64,000 bases of DNA, taken from the IMG/VR virus record IMGVR_UViG_3300007512_001664, positions 136,820-200,819 of that record. One strand, 5' to 3'. Both the position numbers and the translations under genes were made by a program. The stretch comes from a virus. Its lineage: Duplodnaviria > Caudoviricetes. This document shows, piece after piece, positions 49,123 through 58,358 of this stretch (positions within the stretch are counted from its first letter, which is position 1; each line of letters opens with the position of its first letter). The notes beneath the pieces are model-generated. The model searched no databases. It was not told the DNA's origin and was given only the letters and a program-made list of their open reading frames with translations.

Positions 49123-50521
49123 GATATTTTATAAGGATGAAGTAATAAATCCTAAAAAGGAAATTGTACCGATATACGATGATAATTTAGATATACAGGT
49201 TGAAAAACGATATTATAGTAGTAAAAATCAATTAGGTGTAGCTGGTCCCGAGCAATACTTATTCGAAAAAAAGTGCTTAACTTTATTGGAACAAAATTAT
49301 GAAGATTTGTATAATGTAAATTTTTATCCTTTCCCTAGAATTATAAAAGATGATCCTACAGAGCCTAAACTATGGTTAAATTTTTGTGGTAATACAATTA
49401 AAAACGTGTATCATTGTACATTGCTACAACAATCTCACAGTGAGTATAATAATGTATTAGATAATATTAACGATCAAATAAAAAATATTATTTATAATTT
49501 AAAAAAGAATAATATTTATCATTTAGACGTAAAACAATCAAATGTTTGCGTGAATAAGGCAGGATATATTTCTCTTATAGACTTCGGTATTGGTTTTATT
49601 GATTCCGCTGAGTCAGTTGAATACGTTTATCTAAATCAAAAACGAAAACGAGATAGACAGCATTGGTTTGATACTAAATTAGTTAACGATTTTAATGTTA
49701 TTGTTAGTCATCTTAAAAGACCAGTTATTACTGCCGTGATGCCATGTTATAACCGTCCAAATGGAGCTAAAAGACAAATTTTAAATATTTGTAAGCAAAA
49801 TATTAATAGTTGGGAAGCTTTTATAGTAGGAGATTGTTGCGAACAGTTTGAAAAAGAAGTTATACCGAATGTTGAGGTTAATAAAAACTTAAACAGAGCC
49901 AGAAGACGTGGTAATATAATACATTCAAGTAAGCAATGGGGAGAAAGTGTGCTCCCGGTACCTCATTTTTTTAACAGATCGAAAGGATCTGGGCCATATG
50001 GTTATAAAAAATATCCTATATTAGGAAGCCCCGGCAAGTGGGGCACCGGTATTATAAATTTTGCACGTAAATATGCTATAGGAGAATATTTTATATGGCT
50101 CAGTGATGATGATATTATAACTAAAAATCATTTTGAAAATTATCTTTCTTATATTAAAGATACTGATTACGATATGATTATTCTCGATGATTATGCCGGT
50201 GAGTCGCGAACACGCCGAGGAGCTCGAAAAAGTAAAACGTATATTCGGTCTAAAGGTAAGAAAAAAAATGAGAATGATGGTATTGTAAGAGGGAGTGTAG
50301 GTCATAGTAATGTGATTGTTAGGACTGATTTTTTAAGAACGATTCCAGAAACTTCTAGAGAGCGTCGCACTCATGATTTTGTTATGATATCTGATATAAT
50401 AAATGCAGGAGGTAAATATAAAATCGTACATGACAATCAGTGTACATATTGGACCAAATACACTGATAGATTTGATAATTGGGATGGTCAACGCGAGGGG
50501 GTGTATCTCGGTAACCGGTAA
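49112..50521 (+). CDS. protein-kinase-like domain fused to a GT2 glycosyltransferase
   Basis: IYHLDVKQSN and IDFG (kinase-like fold); AVMPCYNR, FIVGDC, GEYFIWLSDDD (GT2). Confidence 0.8.
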   Translation: MGCKIFYKDEVINPKKEIVPIYDDNLDIQVEKRYYSSKNQLGVAGPEQYLFEKKCLTLLEQNYEDLYNVNFYPFPRIIKDDPTEPKLWLNFCGNTIKNVYHCTLLQQSHSEYNNVLDNINDQIKNIIYNLKKNNIYHLDVKQSNVCVNKAGYISLIDFGIGFIDSAESVEYVYLNQKRKRDRQHWFDTKLVNDFNVIVSHLKRPVITAVMPCYNRPNGAKRQILNICKQNINSWEAFIVGDCCEQFEKEVIPNVEVNKNLNRARRRGNIIHSSKQWGESVLPVPHFFNRSKGSGPYGYKKYPILGSPGKWGTGIINFARKYAIGEYFIWLSDDDIITKNHFENYLSYIKDTDYDMIILDDYAGESRTRRGARKSKTYIRSKGKKKNENDGIVRGSVGHSNVIVRTDFLRTIPETSRERRTHDFVMISDIINAGGKYKIVHDNQCTYWTKYTDRFDNWDGQREGVYLGNR

Positions 50522-50523
50522 AA

Positions 50524-51312
50524 ATGTCTAAAGTTATATATACTATTTGTAGTTATGAAGATGAACATTCTGATATAGTAAATGGCTGTATTAATAGCTC
50601 TCTTGTAACTATAAAAAGATATGCCGATTTTCATGGTGCTGATTTAAAAATTATAAAGGATATACCCGACGACATTACTAACTTACTCAACGATATATCT
50701 ATTGTTTATAATAAAAAAATAAAGCATGAATATAAAGCATGGAATACAAAATTTTTCTTAATACGTGAATTTTATAAAAGTAATTATGATAAGATGATTT
50801 ATATTGATTGTGATCATTTTATTAAAAATTATAATATTGATGTATTTAAATATGACGAGTGTTTTAATATAAAAAGAAAAATTCAGAAACCCGGTAGAAT
50901 AGTTCATGATCCTATTAAATTATGTAGACAATTTTTAGATAAAGATATTAATACATATTTTAATGCTAGTTTTTTTTATTTAACAAAAAACTATAAATAT
51001 AATTTAGCTGAGATATTTAATTTTAATGATATATATAATTTATGGAAATTAGATATTGGGTTTTTGAGAGAAGAGTGTAGTTTGGCACACTTAATGCATA
51101 CGCATAATATACAAAAACATATAGATTTTGAATTAGCGGATAATTTATATATTTACAGTAAAAATAATAAGAAGAATATTGGATTATATACGGGTATACC
51201 TGGTAGAACTGGTGAAATGAAATATGATTTTTTAAAAAATGTAATACTTAGCGATTCATCGTTTGATTATTCCTTAGCGCTACAGCAGTGGCGCGACACC
51301 CGAAAAAAGTAA
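50524..51312 (+). CDS. GT-A glycosyltransferase (GT8/GT34-like)
   Basis: KAWNTKF, YDKMIYIDCD, YFNAS, REE. Confidence 0.65.
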   Translation: MSKVIYTICSYEDEHSDIVNGCINSSLVTIKRYADFHGADLKIIKDIPDDITNLLNDISIVYNKKIKHEYKAWNTKFFLIREFYKSNYDKMIYIDCDHFIKNYNIDVFKYDECFNIKRKIQKPGRIVHDPIKLCRQFLDKDINTYFNASFFYLTKNYKYNLAEIFNFNDIYNLWKLDIGFLREECSLAHLMHTHNIQKHIDFELADNLYIYSKNNKKNIGLYTGIPGRTGEMKYDFLKNVILSDSSFDYSLALQQWRDTRKK

Positions 51313-52217
51313 ATATGTCAAAGTGTAATATTGCTATTTGTTTAAGCGGCGAGCCGCGATTGAGTAATTTATCGAGTGCTAGTATTAAAAGATTAAAAGC
51401 TTTTTGTTATAAGCAATATGGAGCAGATGTTAATATTGATGTATTTTATCATTTTTGGGATTCCGTAACAGAAAATATTTATAAGCAATATAAATATGAA
51501 TTTGACAGGGATAATGTTAAAATAAAATATGCAAATTCAAGTGATCTAAAAAATGAGTTTGAGCCTACTATAGGTGTATGTGAAAGTAAAGAAGAATTAA
51601 ACGACCCAATAGATAAAAGTTTTAATTATATTCACAGTTTCCTGACTAAAGACTTTATCATCAAACCAACGTATTTTAAAGGATGGTGTTCCTATTTTAA
51701 AGATTTAAAGGTATTTAGGGATATAGTAAAATATACTAATATCCCTACTCTATCACAAGTAATAAGTTTATGTAAATGTCAATTATTAAGACTTAAATAC
51801 GAAAAAAACCATAATATAAAATATGATCTAATTATTAGAACTAGATCTGATATAGAAATAAAATTACCTGAATGTGATATTATATCATATTGTAGACGTC
51901 CAAAAATGAGAATGTTAATACAATTTCCATTTGGTAATATAGATATTAAATATCATAATGATCCATTATTTTATTATACAAGATATGTGGATCTCCATTT
52001 CCAGTGTTGTTTTTTTCTTTCGACATCACACGTTTTAGTCGAGGGTATTTTTGATAATTATGTAGAAAAAATATACAAACAGATGTTTTCAATTGACAAA
52101 CAAAGCGATCGTTTAGGTCTGTTGACCGATCATCAGGTAATACCTCAGTTTTTCGCAAGTCAAGGGTGTAAATTTAAAATACCTTTAGACGGTATAGATT
52201 ATCGTCTAATACATTAA
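51288..52217 (+). CDS. GQPR-family paralog 5 (start probably ATG at 51315)
   Basis: IAICLSGEPRL, VFYHFWD, SQVISL, KYDLIIRTRSD. Confidence 0.7.
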   Translation: MARHPKKVNMSKCNIAICLSGEPRLSNLSSASIKRLKAFCYKQYGADVNIDVFYHFWDSVTENIYKQYKYEFDRDNVKIKYANSSDLKNEFEPTIGVCESKEELNDPIDKSFNYIHSFLTKDFIIKPTYFKGWCSYFKDLKVFRDIVKYTNIPTLSQVISLCKCQLLRLKYEKNHNIKYDLIIRTRSDIEIKLPECDIISYCRRPKMRMLIQFPFGNIDIKYHNDPLFYYTRYVDLHFQCCFFLSTSHVLVEGIFDNYVEKIYKQMFSIDKQSDRLGLLTDHQVIPQFFASQGCKFKIPLDGIDYRLIH

Positions 52218-52219
52218 TC

Positions 52220-52227
52220 TATAAATA
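52220..52227 (+). promoter_or_regulatory. late promoter TATAAATA inside the glycan island
   Basis: Exact consensus in an intergenic gap, 11 nt before ATG 52239. Confidence 0.65.
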
Positions 52228-52238
52228 ATTACATTGAT

Positions 52239-53144
52239 ATGGTGATATTAAACGACGGGTGCTCACATTCTGCAAAATCGGTAACTGATGAAGAAATCAA
52301 TTACCATGGAAGCAGAACATCTTATTGTGATTTTTTACCGGGTCAAATATATAATATTGCTAAACCAGGGACTGGTATTGATTCCTCTCGTGTTGAGAAA
52401 TTTATAAAGAAGACCGAGCTTGATAGTTTAAATAACGAATTAACACATTTTATTTTTCAAATACCAAGCCCGTCAAGACAAACCCTGTATTTAAACTTAA
52501 CTGACGAAAAATTTTTTGAAGCTCCAATGAATTATTGGACTGATAAGGCAGGTCGAGACTTGAGAGGTTTTATGAAAAAGAAACGAGAAGTGCTACCAGA
52601 GGTCGATTTTGGTTGTTCCGTTGATCATAAAACCAAATCAGCATTACGTGTCGTCAGTGTTGTTGAACTTGAGCCAGATGATTATAATAAACATTTTTTT
52701 AAATTTACGTATGATAATTTTTCATGGACTCATATTAAGGATAATTTTTGTATACCAGCTACTTTGTGGAGTACTTTAAGAGCACATACTGCTATATCAA
52801 TTAATTCATTTATTATGGATATATTTAAATCGGAAGACAAATATTTTAAAAAAGCAATAAACGAAGTAGATAGAGCGGTTCGTTTAGTTAAAGAACAATG
52901 GCCAAATATAAAAATTATATTCTTACGCTATGAAGAAAGTGGCATGCCGTTAATTTATGAGTTTTGTAAACCGTTTTATAAAAAAGACTTATCAGATTAT
53001 TGTAATAAAAATGATATAACATACATAAATGAAAAAAACTTTAATACAGAATGGTTCCGTTTAAATAATCTTACGAACGATACTCGACATCCTAATGATG
53101 AAGGAGCAAAATTAATAGCAGAAAAAATTAAACAGTTTTTATGA
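52239..53144 (+). CDS. SGNH/GDSL-hydrolase-like protein
   Basis: N-terminal DGCSHS (catalytic Ser block), AKPGTG, C-terminal DTRHPNDEG (DxxH). Confidence 0.7.
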   Translation: MVILNDGCSHSAKSVTDEEINYHGSRTSYCDFLPGQIYNIAKPGTGIDSSRVEKFIKKTELDSLNNELTHFIFQIPSPSRQTLYLNLTDEKFFEAPMNYWTDKAGRDLRGFMKKKREVLPEVDFGCSVDHKTKSALRVVSVVELEPDDYNKHFFKFTYDNFSWTHIKDNFCIPATLWSTLRAHTAISINSFIMDIFKSEDKYFKKAINEVDRAVRLVKEQWPNIKIIFLRYEESGMPLIYEFCKPFYKKDLSDYCNKNDITYINEKNFNTEWFRLNNLTNDTRHPNDEGAKLIAEKIKQFL

Positions 53145-53254
53145 AAAAAATATTATTAAAAATACGATTAAAGATTGCGTCTTTAAAACAATGGTATTTG
53201 CAGAAATATCATAAAAAGAGATATGATTCTGGTAATAATTATCCTTTTATGTAG
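53141..53254 (+). CDS. small basic protein (37 aa)
   Basis: MKKILLKIRLKIASLKQWYLQKYHKKRYDSGNNYPFM; ATGA overlap; not in the ORF track. Confidence 0.55.
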   Translation: MKKILLKIRLKIASLKQWYLQKYHKKRYDSGNNYPFM

Positions 53255-53262
53255 CCTGGTGA

Positions 53263-54090
53263 ATGAATTATATTTTTACCCAACATATAACACCCAGTAC
53301 AGGAAAACATCATCCCGGTATTAATATACTTTTAGACTCTATACAGTCATTAAATGATGATACAATAAGAGTAATTTTATTTTACCATGGGTATGATGAT
53401 GATCTATTTCACAAATATAAAGACTTCCTTACAATTGTAGACATTAATAATAGAGGTAACTGGATTCCAGTTATGTACTCACCAGTTCAACGATGGTATT
53501 TATATAGAAACTATATTGAACAAAATATACATAGATTTAATAACAATGATAAATTCTTTCATTGTAATAGTAAAGATACAATTTTCCAAAAAAATATTTT
53601 TAATGAAATAGAAAACAAAAACAAAACAGTGTTCTTCACAGAGCAAGACGAATTTACCATATCACATAATAATATCATATGTGGAGGTGCTATATATTTT
53701 GATACATTAGCAAACTTCCTCCAGTTTTTATCCGCATATACATCATATCAACTCATATGTATGAATAATAACAGTAAATTTAAAAGATGTGTTTATAATA
53801 GAATGGGAAAAGTAAATGATCAAGGTGTAATTAATAGTCTTGTCTATAATGAACCACGTCCTCAATATAAAATTCTTAAGAATAATTATTTGAGGTTAGT
53901 ATGTGCAATGTCGTCAATGACGCAATGTAATGAACAACCTGATATTAAAATAAAAAATAATATAATTTATATTAATAGTGTTATTCCATGTGTTATACAT
54001 CAATATGATAAATTTGTAAAAATTACTGACTTTTTTAAAAAAATTAACCTTATGTATAGGCTCTATATGGTGCCACTTTCATCTTATTAA
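53263..54090 (+). CDS. putative glycosyltransferase (GT-A-like)
   Basis: RWYLY, KDTIFQ, ICGG, DQGVIN, IHQYD pattern. Confidence 0.6.
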   Translation: MNYIFTQHITPSTGKHHPGINILLDSIQSLNDDTIRVILFYHGYDDDLFHKYKDFLTIVDINNRGNWIPVMYSPVQRWYLYRNYIEQNIHRFNNNDKFFHCNSKDTIFQKNIFNEIENKNKTVFFTEQDEFTISHNNIICGGAIYFDTLANFLQFLSAYTSYQLICMNNNSKFKRCVYNRMGKVNDQGVINSLVYNEPRPQYKILKNNYLRLVCAMSSMTQCNEQPDIKIKNNIIYINSVIPCVIHQYDKFVKITDFFKKINLMYRLYMVPLSSY

Positions 54091-55329
54091 TTTTTTATAT
54101 TGTTCCTCTACCGATATATCAGAATCCGCTAATACTCTAACATGAGGTCGGTTTAAAATAAATTCTTTAGTATGTTCATTAGCAATTTTTATAAATCGGT
54201 TAGGAATAATCATTTTATTATAATGCTCAAAACCTAATTCTGAAGCACATATACCATTTAAACCTAAAACTTCTCCGCATACGAGCTCCCCAGCAGCCCA
54301 GTTATTATCTATACCATTTTCTATTAGAAATTGTTTAGATTTTTTAATTAAATGTATAATAGTGTTAACATATTGTTTCATACTTAATAACATTTCTGAA
54401 CCAGATCCTACCATAAACCAGTCTTTCATGTGTAAGTATTGTGTTTCAGGGTTATATGTATGAGATTTTGTATTTTTACTATTCGATGTATGTAGCTTCT
54501 TCGTTATGCTCGATTTATGTGGCCTTGCTGTCATTTTGTTATTCGCATACTTAAATCTACTACAAAAAATTCTTTCCTTAGGTCCGTAGTTTGGTAACCC
54601 AGATTTATTTTTTACACCTACATCGTCTGAATGACATGATCCTTCCCAGATTTGCAAATCCCCGGTTCTACAGAAAATACCTTTATCTAAATTTTCTATT
54701 CTATTATAAAATAATTGTTTATCATTTAAGTAATCTGTTTTATTTTTATATAAGTCAGGAGTAACAAATAATACATCCGTTCTTAATCTAAAAATATAAT
54801 CATATTCCTCTCCTTCTTCTTCTACCAACTTCGCTCCCTCTTGTAATGATACAAACTGACCAAGAAAATATGTTAAATTTTTCGGTTGTGTGACTTCAAA
54901 AATAGTCTTCCTTAAACGACTGGCGTGTCTCTGTATATTATCATTGTTAAGTTTTTGAACATTGTTTATAATATCTTCTATAGTATCTGTTGGTAGTAAT
55001 TCTTTTTCTGGTGTACCGTGTTTTTCATCTAAAAATTTGTTTAATTCTTTTTTTTGTTTTTTTACTATACGGTATACATCATCGCATGTTTCTTCTAATA
55101 CAGAATAATCAGTAAAAGAATATTTTTTGGGTTTATAAGTGTCTACTATATTTGCTTTGTCTGTATCGGTTAATTTATACTCCGGATCATCAGTATTATA
55201 CGCTATTTTATCCCAAAAATGAAAATAATAATCCGTGGTGCTATTTTCGAAAGTAGTTTCTTGTATAATACTCTTATAGCTTAAATCCCAAAATCTAGGT
55301 TGTCCAAATAATACTACTGCTAATTTCAT
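54079..55329 (-). CDS. GQPR-family paralog 6 (inverted)
   Basis: MKLAVVLFGQPRF, YFHFWD, FLGQFVSL, EYDYIFRLRTD. Confidence 0.7.
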   Translation of the reverse strand: MKLAVVLFGQPRFWDLSYKSIIQETTFENSTTDYYFHFWDKIAYNTDDPEYKLTDTDKANIVDTYKPKKYSFTDYSVLEETCDDVYRIVKKQKKELNKFLDEKHGTPEKELLPTDTIEDIINNVQKLNNDNIQRHASRLRKTIFEVTQPKNLTYFLGQFVSLQEGAKLVEEEGEEYDYIFRLRTDVLFVTPDLYKNKTDYLNDKQLFYNRIENLDKGIFCRTGDLQIWEGSCHSDDVGVKNKSGLPNYGPKERIFCSRFKYANNKMTARPHKSSITKKLHTSNSKNTKSHTYNPETQYLHMKDWFMVGSGSEMLLSMKQYVNTIIHLIKKSKQFLIENGIDNNWAAGELVCGEVLGLNGICASELGFEHYNKMIIPNRFIKIANEHTKEFILNRPHVRVLADSDISVEEQYKKLIR

Positions 55330-56375
55330 TTTCTAAAGTCAGTCAAATTTCCCCAATCATGTCTTGGGCTATCATATTCCTTGTTTATTATTTCTAGTAA
55401 TTTTTTATGCTCTGGGTGCTTTGTATCAAAAATATTGTGTTCGTTAAACTGATCCTCTTTAAATGTTCCCCAATTAAATATTCTAGATGTATAAGAATTA
55501 AAATTATGATGTTCAGCTATCTTAATAAATTCAGGTATACTCTGGTAATTATTCTTTTGTACACACATATCTAATCTAACCCATGGTAATTGAAGAGATT
55601 TTATAAATTCTAAATTCTTCATTAATCGATCCCAGTCTCCCCCTACTCTAACTTTATCGTAATGCTCTTTTATACCCGCGTCTAAACTAATAATAGTTTT
55701 TATTTGTAAATTATGTATATTTTTTAATTTTGCCCATCTCTGTCGATCCCATAATACACCGTTTGTTTGTAGCATTAAGGTAATTTTTGGGTTTAGACGC
55801 GGGTTAATTTTTTTCATTAACTCAAAAAACGACGGTGATCCAAATGGGTCACCAGAACCCGTAATATTAAGAGTAACGTCATGAGGCTTACTATGAATCA
55901 TTCTTAGTAATTTGTCGTTAACTCGTAACGCATGTTCATATTGACGGGGATAGTTTTTCTTGTTATAGAAAATTTTCTGCTTCCTACAGCTAGGACACTC
56001 TAAATTACAAGATCTATCATAACATAGATTAATAGTAGAAGGTAAGTCAGCTATATCTAAATCCCATTCTACAGTTTGTTGTAATTTAGTGCCGTGTGAT
56101 CCATTTAATACGTCTTCACGTTTTGGTAGTGATTTATTTTGAATCATAGGGCATTCCTCTTTATTACACATACTAAAAGACCCATCTAGAATACTACGAC
56201 GAAACGCTTTACTAGCTTCGCTATTCCATTCTTTAGCAAAATCTAAATCTGGTGTAATTTCTCCTATTTTATTAAGGTTTACCCAGCGCGGACAGCAGTT
56301 ATATAATCCTTTTTCTTGTATTTCTAAAAAAGTCCATGGCCGGTCGCAAAACCTAGTTGAAAGATCATCTGACAT
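55326..56375 (-). CDS. radical SAM protein with N-terminal SPASM/Twitch-like Cys cluster
   Basis: CDRPW..CCPRW..C..C, CNLECPSC (CxxxCxxC), GSGDPF, TNG, SLDAG. Confidence 0.88.
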   Translation of the reverse strand: MSDDLSTRFCDRPWTFLEIQEKGLYNCCPRWVNLNKIGEITPDLDFAKEWNSEASKAFRRSILDGSFSMCNKEECPMIQNKSLPKREDVLNGSHGTKLQQTVEWDLDIADLPSTINLCYDRSCNLECPSCRKQKIFYNKKNYPRQYEHALRVNDKLLRMIHSKPHDVTLNITGSGDPFGSPSFFELMKKINPRLNPKITLMLQTNGVLWDRQRWAKLKNIHNLQIKTIISLDAGIKEHYDKVRVGGDWDRLMKNLEFIKSLQLPWVRLDMCVQKNNYQSIPEFIKIAEHHNFNSYTSRIFNWGTFKEDQFNEHNIFDTKHPEHKKLLEIINKEYDSPRHDWGNLTDFRK

Positions 56376-56418
56376 GTATAATTAATTACAAGAATGAACA
56401 CTTATTTCAATACTAATT

Positions 56419-56898
56419 ATGACTGCAACTAAGACAACAAAGACTAAACCTAAAACAAAGAGAGCCGCCGCAAAGGATGTTGATCCAGGTGAGCTCAAGG
56501 ATCCTCTTACTGATAGTATGTTCGAAAATGTAGATATTTTTTACAATGGAGCTGCATATAAACCTGGCAAGAAAGATGTACAAGAAATCTCATTTCTAGG
56601 TACTAAAACAATTCAAGCAAAGGTTAAACCTAATCTTTCTGTTTTTTGGAATCCGTTAATCTGGGACTGGACTAAAGTACCTGATAAGGAAGCATATGAA
56701 ATAAAGTATAAGCGGAAGTGTCAAGCTATTTACTTTAAGGAAAAGGTTTTTCTTGTAGAAAAATCAAAGATTAAAAAAGGTATCGTTAATGATGAGTTTG
56801 TTGATACTGCCGAGCTTCCAATTGGTATTGTTGTTTATTGGTCCGCGGAAGCCGATACATGGGAAATGCTAGGTTATAAAGAAACTCTATTGCGATAG
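56419..56898 (+). CDS. hypothetical protein (159 aa)
   Basis: Clean ORF divergent from the radical SAM gene. Confidence 0.65.
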   Translation: MTATKTTKTKPKTKRAAAKDVDPGELKDPLTDSMFENVDIFYNGAAYKPGKKDVQEISFLGTKTIQAKVKPNLSVFWNPLIWDWTKVPDKEAYEIKYKRKCQAIYFKEKVFLVEKSKIKKGIVNDEFVDTAELPIGIVVYWSAEADTWEMLGYKETLLR

Positions 56899-56916
56899 TT
56901 TTTTATTTTTTAAAAA

Positions 56917-57711
56917 ATGCTCGACACACTATTTGATAAAATATATGTAGTGTGGGGTAGAGATCCTATGCGTAAAGAGTATATTAAGGATCATTTTAAA
57001 AAATGTAATATTGAAAACTATAAGTTCATTCGTAGTATCGTTCCAGATAACTTAACGGTTAAGGGTAAAAAAAATCGAAAATTTAGGTTTAAAAAATTAT
57101 GGATGGAGGCGTCAGCTAAATATGACAATACACGTCATGTTTCTGGTTCTCCTCATCCAATATCTTTAGCTGAAATATGTTGTTCATATGGTCATCTTAA
57201 AGCATATAAAACAGCGATTGATGATAATGTAAATACTTTTCTTGTAATAGAAGATGACGCTATTGTTAATGAGGAATTATGTAACAATGCATTAGAGTGG
57301 AAGGAATATATACCTGATGATTGGGACATTATTCATTTTCATTCTTGGAGGGATTTCGAAGGAGCTCGTGAACCGAACTTAAGTAAAAAAAGAAAGCAGT
57401 TTAATGATTATTTTTACATCGGTTATAGAGAGCATGGTGGTACTGTTTGCTACGCTTTAACTATAGAAACAGCAAAGCATTTATTATGGAAGTATTATCC
57501 TATAATTTTACCATCTGATGGTATCACTGCATCACTTTCTAATAATATTTTTGCTAGAAAATTTTATAATGCATATGTCTTTCGACCATTTCTATGTGAC
57601 AATACAATATTTGAAAGTCAAATAGATAATGAAAAACAAATTAGTAAAAAGTATATGACACGTCCTCAGAGGTATAAACGGGATAATTATCAATCAGGTT
57701 ATTTTAAGTAG
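56917..57711 (+). CDS. GT25 family glycosyltransferase
   Basis: IYVV..R, EICCSYGHLKAY, LVIEDDA, DWDII, GTVCYAL. Confidence 0.85.
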   Translation: MLDTLFDKIYVVWGRDPMRKEYIKDHFKKCNIENYKFIRSIVPDNLTVKGKKNRKFRFKKLWMEASAKYDNTRHVSGSPHPISLAEICCSYGHLKAYKTAIDDNVNTFLVIEDDAIVNEELCNNALEWKEYIPDDWDIIHFHSWRDFEGAREPNLSKKRKQFNDYFYIGYREHGGTVCYALTIETAKHLLWKYYPIILPSDGITASLSNNIFARKFYNAYVFRPFLCDNTIFESQIDNEKQISKKYMTRPQRYKRDNYQSGYFK

Positions 57712-58297
57712 ATTTTATAAATATACTTTTTTGTTCATCCGAAGATACTGTTGTAGATAATGTATAACCTGCTGCTACTAATTTACTTTCTAGAATACTA
57801 TCTGCTACTGTTGGTACAATAAAGACAGAATGTTCAACGTTAATATTTCCTATATTAGTAATTATTTGATCTACAGCGTTCCATTGATGCTGTAATACAT
57901 CTTTACATATTAACATGTCATACGTATTACTATTACTAAAAGTAGAAAGTATGAAGTTTTGAGTTAGAAATGTATGTGTTGGGTGGTTAGTTTTATTTGC
58001 ATTACATACAGAAGGTACCCAATCTATACCAGTATATGCTACCAAGGGGTTTGCTTTTAAGACTTGAGCTGTCCATTGCATATCTCCACAACCTATATCA
58101 ACTAGACTAGAACAGTTATTAGTAGTTATAAAGTTTTTTACCCAAGCTATTAGTTCAGTGCTATTAGCTACTGTACTACCTGGCCCGGAGCCTTGTTCTT
58201 CCCAACCACCGTTATCGTATATAAATTCCCAAGAAGATAAAACAACGTTATTTAAATCAAAAGGCCCGGTCGGGACCCATGGAGGTATCTCTGGCAT
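57704..58297 (-). CDS. class I SAM-dependent methyltransferase
   Basis: GSGPGS, VDIGCGD, YTGID, DMLICKDVLQH. Confidence 0.85.
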   Translation of the reverse strand: MPEIPPWVPTGPFDLNNVVLSSWEFIYDNGGWEEQGSGPGSTVANSTELIAWVKNFITTNNCSSLVDIGCGDMQWTAQVLKANPLVAYTGIDWVPSVCNANKTNHPTHTFLTQNFILSTFSNSNTYDMLICKDVLQHQWNAVDQIITNIGNINVEHSVFIVPTVADSILESKLVAAGYTLSTTVSSDEQKSIFIKST

Positions 58298-58358
58298 ATA
58301 AATATTTAATCACTGGATTTTCATTTTAAAGTAATATATACTATTTTTTACATTACCT

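Noticed and set aside
44448-55329. Diversity-generating retroelement behind the paralog family
   Set aside because: No reverse transcriptase and no template/variable repeat pair differing only at adenines; similarity is at the 5' ends.
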